Counted from the stretch's first letter, positions 9,527 to 18,498 are shown. The stretch: 64,000 nt of DNA from Acidobacteriota bacterium (GCA_016184115.1 JACPDH010000050.1:1701-65700), one strand, 5' to 3'. Notes: generated from the letters alone by a model not told the origin. Numbers and translations: made by a program.

Positions 9527-9801
9527 TGGCCTGTAACAGTGAATTCGGCACCACCGCTGGTGGCGCTTGCGAGGCGAGGTCAAGGAGTGAGGAGGAGGCG
9601 ATGCGGTGGCATCGTCGACGACGAACGACGCGGAGATCGCCTCGCAACCGCCACCAGCCCGAAGGGTTGCGGGCGGCGCCGGGTCGTCTGCGTCGTTGCC
9701 GCTCCTCGCCGATGCCACCGCATCGACTCGTCGCGGCGCCTTGCATCCGACTCGGCGGCGTCCGCAACGGTGGTACCGAATTCGCTGTTACAGGCCGCTA
9801 G
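9523..9801. repeat. 279-nt long imperfect palindrome / MITE-like element (CTAGTGGCCTGTAACAG termini)
   Basis: 33-nt terminal inverted repeats 9523-9555 and 9769-9801 match at 30 of 33 positions, with further internal complementarity (e.g. CGATGCGGTGGCATCG / CGATGCCACCGCATCG). It shares its left CTAG with the preceding element. Its right CTAG contains the stop codon of the gene at 9798. Confidence 0.75.
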
Positions 9802-10223
9802 TGAGGGAACGGCAGCCCCCAGAAGAAGCGTGAAAGGCGGATAGTCCACGGCTCGACGCCTTCCCTCTCCGCCTCGTTGTATTCGGTGACCTCCTCGCGG
9901 ATTCGCGCGAGCTCCTTGCCGTCGAGCCAGAAGCCACCGCACTTTTCGCAGTAGTCGAGAATGATGTTGCTCTGAATGTTGAACTCGACTTTTTTCATCG
10001 AGTGGGCGGAGTTTGCGGGGCAGGTGATCGGGCCGTAGTCGTCTTCGTGCTCGAACGTGTCGAGGTCGACTGTGGAGAACTCGAGGTCACCCGCGGTCTC
10101 GCCGGCGACTTTGTTGAGCTCACCCGGCTCGAGGAACATTCCTCCACATTGGGCACACCACGCGACTGCTGCGCCACCGAGCTCTCGGTTCGTGAGCATG
10201 CCGTCGTCTTTCGGACAGTTCAT
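9798..10223 (-). CDS. double zinc-ribbon (TFIIB-type zf) protein
   Basis: Two CPxx...C..CGG(M/F)(F/W)L(D/E)xGEL modules (CPKDDG...CAQCGGMFLEPGEL and CPANS...CEKCGGFWLDGKEL). Confidence 0.75.
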   Translation of the reverse strand: MNCPKDDGMLTNRELGGAAVAWCAQCGGMFLEPGELNKVAGETAGDLEFSTVDLDTFEHEDDYGPITCPANSAHSMKKVEFNIQSNIILDYCEKCGGFWLDGKELARIREEVTEYNEAEREGVEPWTIRLSRFFWGLPFPH

Positions 10224-10313
10224 CGCGCACCTCCCTCACCAAGTATAGAAGAGCCAGCGTGACGATGGCGGAGTCCTCCTCGCTTCGACGAAAGAGGAAC
10301 CTCACCCCGCCGG

Positions 10314-11153
10314 TTGAGTAAGATTGACGGGAAGGCGACACGAGTGGACGGCGAGAGACGAACGGGCGGAATCCAGGCGATCCGCGACATGAACCGCGAG
10401 GAGCTTTCCGCTCATCTCGCGGGGAACCTCGCAGAGCTGGGAGAAGACGAGGCTGTGGCGATCCTTGCGAACCGTTTCTGTCCGCTCGCTGTCTGCGTGG
10501 CGATTGCGTCGAGCTCGCGCCTCGCGTCGTATTACGATGTGAAGCTGAAGCTCGTGCTCTGCCGTGCGACGCCGCAGCATCTCGCGCTGAAGTTCGCGCG
10601 CCACCTCTACTGGGCCGATCTTCTTCGATACGCGACCGACGTCCAGATTGCACCGCCGATACGCGCCGCGCTCGACGCGCAACTGCTGAACGCGCTTCCG
10701 AAGCTGACGCTCGGCGAAAAGATATCGACCGCGAAGAGCTGTAGCCGCGATGTCGGCAAGGCGCTCGCCGGCGATCCTGACCTGCGCGTGTTCTCGGGAC
10801 TCCTCAACAACGCGCGGCTGCGCGAGGACGACCTCGTCGGTTTCCTTCAGTCGGATCGAGCCGGTGCCGAGCATCTGAAGCTCGTCGCCGGACACGCCAA
10901 ATGGGGTTTCCGCTATGCGATTCGCTGCGCGCTCGCGAGCAGTTCGCTCACGCCACGCGCGCTCGCCGCCTCGCAGCTCCGCTTTCTTCGTCGGGAGGAC
11001 CTCGACGCACTTTTCCGACACCCCGCGACTTCGGTGTACATCCGCCGATGCATCGAGCGCCTCGTGGGGAATGAGGGGCGTGAAGACGAGAGCTCCGATG
11101 CGGACGAGCCGGCCTCTGGACGAATTGGCTACAATGGCGGGTCGAATGGATGA
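10314..11153 (+). CDS. hypothetical protein (helical-repeat-like), weak paralogue of 11958-13037
   Basis: High GC3 in this frame, and the antisense ORF is Arg-rich noise. TTG start at 10314 in the track; ATG at 10389 (MNREEL) is an alternative. Confidence 0.5.
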   Translation: MSKIDGKATRVDGERRTGGIQAIRDMNREELSAHLAGNLAELGEDEAVAILANRFCPLAVCVAIASSSRLASYYDVKLKLVLCRATPQHLALKFARHLYWADLLRYATDVQIAPPIRAALDAQLLNALPKLTLGEKISTAKSCSRDVGKALAGDPDLRVFSGLLNNARLREDDLVGFLQSDRAGAEHLKLVAGHAKWGFRYAIRCALASSSLTPRALAASQLRFLRREDLDALFRHPATSVYIRRCIERLVGNEGREDESSDADEPASGRIGYNGGSNG

Positions 11154-11961
11154 GCCCGTCAATATCGATGCGCCCCAGCTTGGAGACTCTCTTGGAGCCG
11201 AGTTGCGGAAGCAGCGCGAGATTCGCCACGTCACGCTGAAAGAGATCGCCGACGCAACGAAGATCAGTAAACGCTATCTCGAGGCGCTGGAGCAGGATGA
11301 CTACTCAGGACTTCCCGCCCCGGTGTTCACGCGCGGGTTCGTGCGCGAGTACGCCCGCTACCTCGGCCTGAACGCCGAAGAGATGGCCGCGCGCTACTCC
11401 CAGCTCGTCGGCGCACAACCGGAGACATCTTCGACTCCCGTGCTGCCCCAGACGGAGAAGAAAGCGGAGGGACTTCCCTTCGTCAGGATCGACCGGAACA
11501 TCGTCGGTTTCGCCGCGCTGCTCGTCGTGTTTGGAGCGGTCATGTGGTGGCTCGGAGGGCGCGCAGACCAGCGAAGGCGGGCGGCGACGCCACAGGTGAC
11601 GGCGACCGCGGTTGCGCCTGCGGTGGCGCCGGTTGTCGTGACCGAACCAGTCGTCAGCGCGACAGCACCAGCGGAGTCGTCCGACAGGCTCGAGCTCGAC
11701 GTCAAGGTGATCGAAGACACTTGGGTGATCCTCCAGGTCGATGGCCAGCCCGCGTTGAACCAGGTGCTGCGAGCTGGAGAGACGAGAAAGCTCGAGGCGG
11801 AGAACGAGATTCGTTTCGAGGTCGTCGGAAACGCGGGAGGTCTCGAGCTGACGCTCAATGGTCACCGGGTGCCCGCGATGGGACCGCGCGGCAAAGTCGT
11901 GCGCGGGTTTGGACTGGATTGGGAAGCGCTGAAGCGACTCGAAGGCGGTACGACTCCATGA
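11134..11961 (+). CDS. RodZ-like HTH membrane protein (XRE HTH + TM + DUF4115-like C-terminus)
   Basis: HTH segment LRKQREIRHVTLKEIADATKISKRYLEALE, one TM helix, and a C-terminal LELDVKVIEDTWVILQVDG...LELTLNG. Start at 11134 or 11146; the upstream part of the track ORF was rejected. Confidence 0.7.
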   Translation: MAGRMDEPVNIDAPQLGDSLGAELRKQREIRHVTLKEIADATKISKRYLEALEQDDYSGLPAPVFTRGFVREYARYLGLNAEEMAARYSQLVGAQPETSSTPVLPQTEKKAEGLPFVRIDRNIVGFAALLVVFGAVMWWLGGRADQRRRAATPQVTATAVAPAVAPVVVTEPVVSATAPAESSDRLELDVKVIEDTWVILQVDGQPALNQVLRAGETRKLEAENEIRFEVVGNAGGLELTLNGHRVPAMGPRGKVVRGFGLDWEALKRLEGGTTP

Positions 11962-13037
11962 ACGAAGCTCCCGAACTGAATGCGCGAATGCTGATCGACC
12001 GGATGGAGCGCGGCGAGCTGCCGCGCGACTTTACGATGTTCGCGGCGCAGGGAATGCTGCCTCTTCCGCAGGATGACCTGATCGCCGTGCTTGCCCACCT
12101 TTCGACGAATTCCGACACCGAGGTCGCGGCGCTCTCGACGAAATCACTCCGCGAGATTCCGCCGCGTACCGTGGCAGCGTTTTGCGGCTCGGAGCTCGCC
12201 GACGAAGCGAGCCTCGACGCGATCGCGACGAAGAGTGGCGATCCCGCGATCCTCGAGGCGGTCGTTCGCAGCCGCGGGGTGTCCGACGCAACGATCGAAC
12301 GGCTCGCACGTGCCGTGCAGCCGGGAATTCAGGAGATCATTATCGTCAACCAGGAGCGGATCATCCGCAGGCCTGGAATCCTCGACGCGTTGCTCGAGAA
12401 TCCCGCGATTACGCCCGACGTGAGGCGACGAGTCGGTGAGGCGCGCGAGGAGTTCTTCGAGAAAAAAGCGCGCCGTGCTCTCTCCGCAGAGGCGGTTGCG
12501 GCGCTCGAGATCGAGGAGAGCATCGATATCGGCCCCGTTGCGGATCTTCTCGACGAAGCGGAAAGCGAGCCGCAGCCCGAAAACACGCTTTCGCCTCTCG
12601 AAGGTGACGCGGGCGACAGCGACAAGCTCTCGGTCTGGAGCATGATCGCCGAGATGACTGTCGGCGAGCGGGTGCAAGCCGCATACAAGGGTGGGAAAAC
12701 GGTTCGAGGGATCCTCGTGCGCGATCGGAACAAGCTCGTCTGTACCGCAGTGCTCAAGAGCCCGCGAATCACCGAATCGGAGATCGAAGCGTTTGCCGCG
12801 ATGCGAAATCTCGACGAGGCGGTGCTGCGGTTGATCGGTACGAAGCGCGAATTTCTGAGTAAGTACGTGACCGTCCACAACCTCGTGAAAAATCCGAAGA
12901 CGCCCGCCGGGATTGCTCTGAACCTCACCGGTCGACTAACCTCTAAGGATCTCAAGCAGCTGAGTACGAGCAAGGAAGTTGCCGAGGTCATTCGGGTGCA
13001 CGCGAGAAAGCTGCTTCAGGCGAAGGAAAGACACTAG
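11958..13037 (+). CDS. hypothetical helical-repeat protein
   Basis: ATGA overlap with the preceding stop. 359 aa with repeated alpha-helical units. The C-terminal region resembles the protein at 10314-11153. Confidence 0.6.
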   Translation: MNEAPELNARMLIDRMERGELPRDFTMFAAQGMLPLPQDDLIAVLAHLSTNSDTEVAALSTKSLREIPPRTVAAFCGSELADEASLDAIATKSGDPAILEAVVRSRGVSDATIERLARAVQPGIQEIIIVNQERIIRRPGILDALLENPAITPDVRRRVGEAREEFFEKKARRALSAEAVAALEIEESIDIGPVADLLDEAESEPQPENTLSPLEGDAGDSDKLSVWSMIAEMTVGERVQAAYKGGKTVRGILVRDRNKLVCTAVLKSPRITESEIEAFAAMRNLDEAVLRLIGTKREFLSKYVTVHNLVKNPKTPAGIALNLTGRLTSKDLKQLSTSKEVAEVIRVHARKLLQAKERH

Positions 13038-13043
13038 GCCGCA

Positions 13044-13664
13044 ATGCGAGTCAACTACTACGAAGTCCTTGGAGTCGAGAGAACTGCGACCGAGGACGAG
13101 ATCCGCGACCATTTCCGAAAGCTTGCGCGCGAGCACCATCCCGATCGATACCGAGGAACAGACAAGGCGGAAGCCGAGCGCAAGTTCCAGGTGCTGACCG
13201 AGGCGATGAACGTGCTCACGAATCCGCAGCGACGGAAGGCTCACGATTCGGAGCTTTCCGGAGGTGCGGGCGCGCGCGCGATGAGCGATCCGAAGGAGCT
13301 CGCGAAGGTCTACTTGTCGAACGGAGTGAAGGCGTTCAAGTCAGGCGACGTTCCGGCAGCGATCGAAGCGTTCGATATGGCCGTCAAGCACAATCCCGAC
13401 GACCCGAGAGCGCACCACTATCTCGCGCTCGCTGCGGCGAAAGTTCCCTCGATGCTCCGGCAGGCCGTGCAGGCGGTTGAAACCGCGGTACAAAAAGAAC
13501 CGTACAACCCGCTGTTCCTCAAAGATGCGGGGACACTCTGTCGTAGGGTAGGACTATTCTCAAAAGCTGAGCGATACTTTGAAGAAGCCTTAAAATGGGA
13601 TCAGGGGAACGCGGAGATCGAGACTGCTCTCGCCGAGATACGTCAGGCGAGAGCGAAGAAGTAA
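13044..13664 (+). CDS. J-domain protein with TPR C-terminus
   Basis: YYEVLGV...HHPDRY (HPD motif) followed by TPR-like helices. Confidence 0.8.
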   Translation: MRVNYYEVLGVERTATEDEIRDHFRKLAREHHPDRYRGTDKAEAERKFQVLTEAMNVLTNPQRRKAHDSELSGGAGARAMSDPKELAKVYLSNGVKAFKSGDVPAAIEAFDMAVKHNPDDPRAHHYLALAAAKVPSMLRQAVQAVETAVQKEPYNPLFLKDAGTLCRRVGLFSKAERYFEEALKWDQGNAEIETALAEIRQARAKK

Positions 13665-13697
13665 CTCGCGACGTTCGGATCCTCGAAGGTAGGACGG

Positions 13698-14465
13698 ATG
13701 GAAGTTAAGGCGTGCGGTCTCAGCCATGTCGGCAGGCAGCGCCAGCACAACGAGGATTCGTTCCGCGTTGACGAGGCGACGCGTCTGTTCCTCGTGGCAG
13801 ACGGGATGGGTGGACATGCGGCGGGAGAGATCGCGTCACGGATCGCCGCGGAGTCAGTCGCGGAGTTCGTGACCAACACCGAGCAAGACGACGGCACCTG
13901 GCCGTATGCGTATGACGAGACTCTGACTCGGGCGACGAACCGTCTGATGGCAGCACTCAAGCTCGCGAACACGCGCGTGCTCGAGGCGATGCGCAAGGAC
14001 ACGAGGCTGCGCGGAATGGGCACCACGGTCGTTGCATCGCTCGTCGACGGGAACTCGATCTCGGTGGCTCACGTGGGCGACTCGCGTGCATACCTGGTCA
14101 GAAACGGCGCGATCGAGAGGATCACGGACGACCACTCGTGGGTCTTCGAGCAAGTCCAGGCGGGAATGCTCAGCGCCGACGAGGCAGAGCGCCATCCTCT
14201 CCGAAATGTGATCACACGCGCGCTTGGCGGCGCGCTCACAGTCGTTCCCGACGCGTCGGAGATCGATCTGCGCGACGGCGACATCTTCGTACTCTGTTCC
14301 GACGGGCTCACCGGCATGCTCCCCGAGCCGGAGATCCTCCGAATTGTGAGCGAGAATGCGGGAAACCTCGAGGCGGCGTGTCAGATCCTGATCGACTGCG
14401 CCAATGAGCGGGGCGGCTACGACAACATCACCGCGGTACTCATCAAAGCGACCGAAACCCAATGA
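13698..14465 (+). CDS. PP2C-family Ser/Thr protein phosphatase
   Basis: Motifs NEDSF, VADGMGGHAAGE, GTTV, LCSDGL and DNIT. Confidence 0.85.
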   Translation: MEVKACGLSHVGRQRQHNEDSFRVDEATRLFLVADGMGGHAAGEIASRIAAESVAEFVTNTEQDDGTWPYAYDETLTRATNRLMAALKLANTRVLEAMRKDTRLRGMGTTVVASLVDGNSISVAHVGDSRAYLVRNGAIERITDDHSWVFEQVQAGMLSADEAERHPLRNVITRALGGALTVVPDASEIDLRDGDIFVLCSDGLTGMLPEPEILRIVSENAGNLEAACQILIDCANERGGYDNITAVLIKATETQ

Positions 14466-14689
14466 ACGTCATCATTCACTACTGCGGCGTCTGAAACTAC
14501 CTTCCCCGGGCCTCCAGTCTGGCGGCCGAGATCAAGGCACAACTCGGACACGAGTCGAAACTCGTCCGCGGAAGCGGCGGTATCTTCGACGTCTTCGCCG
14601 ACGATGTTCGCATTTACTCGAAGCACGAGACGGGGCAATTCCCCGACGAGAGCGAGATCATCGCTGCGCTTCGGGCGATTGCGCAGTGA
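14462..14689 (+). CDS. Rdx/SelW-like selenoprotein (in-frame UGA = Sec at codon 11)
   Basis: Translation MNVIIHYCGV-U-NYLPRASSLAAEIKAQLGHESKLVRGSGGIFDVFADDVRIYSKHETGQFPDESEIIAALRAIAQ*. The TGA at 14492-14494 sits at the CxxU redox position of the Rdx fold. The frame stays open and family-like for 64 more codons. ATGA overlap with the PP2C stop. Not in the ORF track. Confidence 0.7.
14509..14527 (+). promoter_or_regulatory. candidate bacterial SECIS hairpin
   Basis: GGCC-UCCA-GUC-UGGC-GGCC begins 14 nt after the UGA (first stem base 15 nt downstream). The GC stem has one U.C mismatch, and the apical loop is GUC (14517-14519). Folded by eye only. Confidence 0.35.
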
Positions 14690-14753
14690 GCCTGCTCGGG
14701 CTCACCACCCTGGCGCTTGCCACCCATTCGCTGATCCCCTACGCTTTTCCCGG

Positions 14754-15041
14754 ATGAAGATCGGCATCGACGAAGTCCGGCGTGTCGCCGCGCTCGCCTG
14801 CCTCGAATTCGAGGCGGGAGGCGAGGCGCAGATGGCTGAGGAGATGTCGCGAATCCTCGACTACGTCGATCAGATCCGCGATGTGCCCTCCGATCCTGAC
14901 GGTTCGTCGTTGCAGCAGCCGCCGGTTCGCCTTCGCGACGACGTCGCGGGCGAGTCTCTTCCTGCGGATGTAGTCGGCGCGTCGGCGCCCCGTTTCTCCC
15001 GGGGGCATTTCATCGTGCCGAAGGTGATCGGCGGTGAGTGA
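14754..15041 (+). CDS. gatC: Asp/Glu-tRNA amidotransferase subunit C
   Basis: 95 aa, MKIGIDEVRRVAALACLEF...ILDYVDQI...FIVPKV, immediately upstream of and overlapping gatA. Confidence 0.8.
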   Translation: MKIGIDEVRRVAALACLEFEAGGEAQMAEEMSRILDYVDQIRDVPSDPDGSSLQQPPVRLRDDVAGESLPADVVGASAPRFSRGHFIVPKVIGGE

Positions 15042-16482
15042 CACCGGACCTGTTGGCGCGAGAAGCGCCGCATCGATCAGTCGCGACGTTAGGCGAGGGA
15101 CACTCGCGCTTCGTACCCTCGGAGGCGACGTCATCGACGCAGTCGAGAAGCGCAACGACGAGCTTCGCGCGTTCGTCCACTTTGACGCCGGCGAAGCGCG
15201 CGCTGCATGCGACGCGTCGCATGCCGAAGGCGCGTTGGCTGGCGTCCCGATCGCGGTAAAAGACAACATCGCGACGCGCGGCACGCTGACGACGTGCGCG
15301 TCGCGGATTCTCTCGAGCTATCGCTCGCCGAACGACGCCACGGTGATCGAGCGCCTCGCGGCGGCGGGTGCGTGGGTCGCGGGGAAGACGAATCTCGACG
15401 AGTTCGCCATGGGATCGTCCACCGAGCACTCCGCGTTCGGCCCGACTTCGAATCCGTGGGACCCGACGCGCGTACCTGGCGGATCTTCCGGCGGTTCCGC
15501 GGCGGCGGTGGCGGCGGGGCTCGTCCCTGTGGCGCTCGGCTCCGACACGGGAGGCTCCGTGCGGCAGCCGGCGGCGTTTTGCGGGGTCACGGGACTGAAG
15601 CCGACCTGGGGGCGGGTCAGCCGGTCGGGGCTCGTTGCATTCGCGTCGTCGCTCGATCAGATCGGCATCTTCGCGCGGTCGGCGCGCGACTGCGCCCGCG
15701 TTCTCGGCGTGATTGCCGGACACGATCCACGAGACGCAACGACATCCATCGAGCCTGTTCCCGATTACGAATCCGCGCTCGAGGGAGGGATCGCAGGGCT
15801 CAGCGTCGGCATCGTCGAAGGAACGTGGGAAACACTCGACGACGAGATGCGCGTCTGCTTCGAGCGCTCGCTCACGATCCTCCGCGACCTCGGTGTGACC
15901 GTCACGCACGTGGCGCTCCCATCGCTCGGCCTTTCGATCGCGGTCTACTACATCATCGCGAATGCGGAAGCGAGCGCGAACCTCGCACGCTTCGACGGTA
16001 TTCGCTATGGCCGCCGCGCGGAGGGCGATCACACGCTGCGGGAGGGCTACGTCCGCTCACGCACGGAAGGGTTCGGCGACGAAGTGAAGCGGCGAATCAT
16101 GCTCGGGACGTTCGCGCTTTCGTCCGGCTACTACGACGAGTACTACGGGCGAGCGCAGCATGCACGCGCGATGATTACGGCCGAATTGCGCGCCGCATTC
16201 GGAGGGGTCGACCTGATCGCGATGCCGACGACGCCGACCGTGGCATTTCGCAAGGGCGAGAAACTCGCGGATCCTCTCTCGATGTATCTTTCCGATGTCT
16301 ATACGGCTCCCGCGAACCTAGCTGGCATCCCGGCAATCTCGGTGCCCGCGGCGCTGTCTTCGGAGGGACTTCCGATCGGTTTGCAGCTGCTCGGCCCGCA
16401 CTTCGCGGAGCCGCTGCTGCTGCGCGCTGCAGCCGCATTCGAGAGCTCTCTCGGCGTGCCGGTAATGGTTCCGCCGCGATGA
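15034..16482 (+). CDS. gatA: Asp/Glu-tRNA amidotransferase subunit A
   Basis: Amidase signature GGSSGGSAAAVAAG...GSDTGGSVRQPAAFCG. Confidence 0.95.
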   Translation: MSDTGPVGARSAASISRDVRRGTLALRTLGGDVIDAVEKRNDELRAFVHFDAGEARAACDASHAEGALAGVPIAVKDNIATRGTLTTCASRILSSYRSPNDATVIERLAAAGAWVAGKTNLDEFAMGSSTEHSAFGPTSNPWDPTRVPGGSSGGSAAAVAAGLVPVALGSDTGGSVRQPAAFCGVTGLKPTWGRVSRSGLVAFASSLDQIGIFARSARDCARVLGVIAGHDPRDATTSIEPVPDYESALEGGIAGLSVGIVEGTWETLDDEMRVCFERSLTILRDLGVTVTHVALPSLGLSIAVYYIIANAEASANLARFDGIRYGRRAEGDHTLREGYVRSRTEGFGDEVKRRIMLGTFALSSGYYDEYYGRAQHARAMITAELRAAFGGVDLIAMPTTPTVAFRKGEKLADPLSMYLSDVYTAPANLAGIPAISVPAALSSEGLPIGLQLLGPHFAEPLLLRAAAAFESSLGVPVMVPPR

Positions 16483-16583
16483 ATCCCATTCTGTGGCGCG
16501 CGCCGCCGCGCTCGCGATTCGCCCGCGACGAAGGAGCTGTTGTAGAATACCGCTGTGTGAGGGTGTGTCGGGTGCGTAGGGTC

Positions 16584-18419
16584 ATGCTGTCCGTCGCGAT
16601 CGCGATGTTTGCCGCGACAGCGGGTGCGGCAGCTCCGCGTCTGAAGGCCATTGTCGAACCGGGCATCGACGCTGTCGTTACATCCGAGCTTCAGATTGAG
16701 CTCGCCGTGTCTCCGCGGCGCTCCGAGGCGTTTTCGACACTTGCCCGGCGGATCACCGGCGACGGCGCGAACTGGAAGGTACTCGCCGAGCTCAATGATC
16801 TTGGTTCCAATCTGCTTCTCGACCGCCGTGTCCGCGTTCCGCTCTCCCTCGTTAGGCCGAAGCTGCAACGCGCGACGATGGACTCGCTCTTCACCCACGA
16901 CCACGCATCCGAGGCTGGTTGGCTCCACCGCGTGACGACAGGTAATACCGTGGAAGGCGAGCCGCTTTGGAAGATCGCGGAGTGGTTTACCGGCGACGGC
17001 GCGAACTACTCTGCGATTCGCGCTGCGAATGGGCGTCAGCAGCTTTCAACCAGGCCGGGTGAGGTCATCCTGGTTCCCGCGTCGCTGTTGTCCGAAGCGT
17101 ACCGCTGGTCGGGGCCGGCGAAAAACGCGCGGCTACCCGAACCGTCGATTGCCGAAGACGATCCCCCCGTCGCACCCGTCGATACGGTCTCTGCCCTCGA
17201 CATGCCGTCTACCTCGCCAACGATCGAGCTTGCCGCGACGAGAACGATCGAGCCTGCCTCGCTGCGCTACGTCCGGACTGGCGAGCGACCGTTTGCAACG
17301 TACAGGTTGAAGAAAGGTGAGGCACTCTACTCGTCCGTCGTCATCCGATTCACCGGCCGGCTTTTCGCGAAGGATGTCAATGAGGTCGTCGACCAGCTCG
17401 TCGCATTTAACGGCATCGCCGATGTATCGAAGCTGCCGGTCGGATACGACGTGAGAATCCCGGTGGATCTTCTCCTGCCGGAGTATCGCCCCCTCGATGA
17501 TCCGCGCCGCGTCGAGATGGAGCAGGTACGCCGCGAGAGCGCGAAGCTCACGCGGCGCGTCGAGGCGAGGAACCTCGAAGGGGTGCACGTCATCCTCGAC
17601 GCGGGCCACGGCGGGCGCGACGTCGGAACGGAGCACAAAGGTATCTGGGAGTCGAGCTACGTTTACGACGTTACCTGCCGTCTCAAGAAGCGCCTCGAAG
17701 AGACGAGCGGCGCAAAGGTCTACCTCACGACGAAGTCGACGTCGAACGGCTGCAAGATTCAGAGTCGCGACAAGCTGAAGAACTACACCGACCACCAGGT
17801 GCTGACGACACCTGCGTACCCGCTCGAGGATTCGATCGTCGGAGTGAACCTCCGCTGGTATCTCGCGAACTCCATCTTCCGCAAAGCGTCGAAGAAGGGC
17901 GAGCCGGAGAAGGTACTGTTTCTCTCGATTCACGCCGACTCCCTCCATCCGTCGATCCGAGGCGCGATGGCCTATGTTCCAGGCGCGCGCTTTACGAAAG
18001 GGACCTTCCAGAAATCGGGTGCGATCTACCTCGCGCGCGCCGAGGTGAAGGAAAACCCCGTCGTGATGCACTCGAAGGAAGATGCACTCCATGCCGAAGG
18101 GCTGTCGACCGAGCTCGCCGAGGCGATCATTGGCGAATTCGGCGAGGCAGGGCTCGGGGTACACCCCTTCAACCCGGTGCGCGACAACGTCGTGCGAGGG
18201 GGGAGGGAGTGGGTTCCCGCGGTGATCCGCTACAACAGCGTGCCGACCCGAGTGCTGCTCGAGATCTGCAACCTCGGGAACGCCGAGGATCGCACGCAGA
18301 TCCAGACACGGAAAAACCGCGATGCGATCGCCTCCGCGATCCATGATGGGATCGTCGCCTACTTCGGCGCGAAGGGGAGCGACGACTCCCGGAGCGTCAT
18401 GACGGTCGCGGGACGCTGA
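16584..18419 (+). CDS. N-acetylmuramoyl-L-alanine amidase with LysM-like repeats
   Basis: Signal peptide MLSVAIAMFAATAGAAA, LysM-like segments, and Amidase_3 motifs VILDAGHGGRDVGT and LFLSIHADS. The upstream 459 codons of the track ORF were rejected. Confidence 0.8.
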   Translation: MLSVAIAMFAATAGAAAPRLKAIVEPGIDAVVTSELQIELAVSPRRSEAFSTLARRITGDGANWKVLAELNDLGSNLLLDRRVRVPLSLVRPKLQRATMDSLFTHDHASEAGWLHRVTTGNTVEGEPLWKIAEWFTGDGANYSAIRAANGRQQLSTRPGEVILVPASLLSEAYRWSGPAKNARLPEPSIAEDDPPVAPVDTVSALDMPSTSPTIELAATRTIEPASLRYVRTGERPFATYRLKKGEALYSSVVIRFTGRLFAKDVNEVVDQLVAFNGIADVSKLPVGYDVRIPVDLLLPEYRPLDDPRRVEMEQVRRESAKLTRRVEARNLEGVHVILDAGHGGRDVGTEHKGIWESSYVYDVTCRLKKRLEETSGAKVYLTTKSTSNGCKIQSRDKLKNYTDHQVLTTPAYPLEDSIVGVNLRWYLANSIFRKASKKGEPEKVLFLSIHADSLHPSIRGAMAYVPGARFTKGTFQKSGAIYLARAEVKENPVVMHSKEDALHAEGLSTELAEAIIGEFGEAGLGVHPFNPVRDNVVRGGREWVPAVIRYNSVPTRVLLEICNLGNAEDRTQIQTRKNRDAIASAIHDGIVAYFGAKGSDDSRSVMTVAGR

Positions 18420-18498
18420 ACGGCGGCGGAAAGCGGGCCGATCACCGCGAATTTGCCACTCTCCCGTTCTCCGGCGTTCCGACTATAATGCGCCTCCC

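Noticed and set aside
9526-9942. Several 75-120-aa ORFs on both strands inside the 9523-9801 palindrome
   Set aside because: They are mirror-image ORFs generated by the inverted repeat, Arg/Pro/Ala-rich, with no gene-like features.
10302-11234. 310-aa minus-strand ORF opposite the 10314-11153 gene
   Set aside because: Arg-rich antisense shadow. The + frame has the strong GC3 bias and protein-like composition.
15207-16583. N-terminal 459 codons of the 1070-aa track ORF, overlapping gatA
   Set aside because: It lies in a different frame from the unmistakable gatA, and its composition is Arg/Gly/Ala-rich, typical of off-frame GC-rich sequence. The real amidase begins at the signal peptide (ATG at 16584).
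18420-18498. Possible FMN riboswitch upstream of ribH (and a T-box upstream of tyrS at 3420-3493)
   Set aside because: The intergenic regions (79 nt and 74 nt) are too short, and I could not see the conserved cores.
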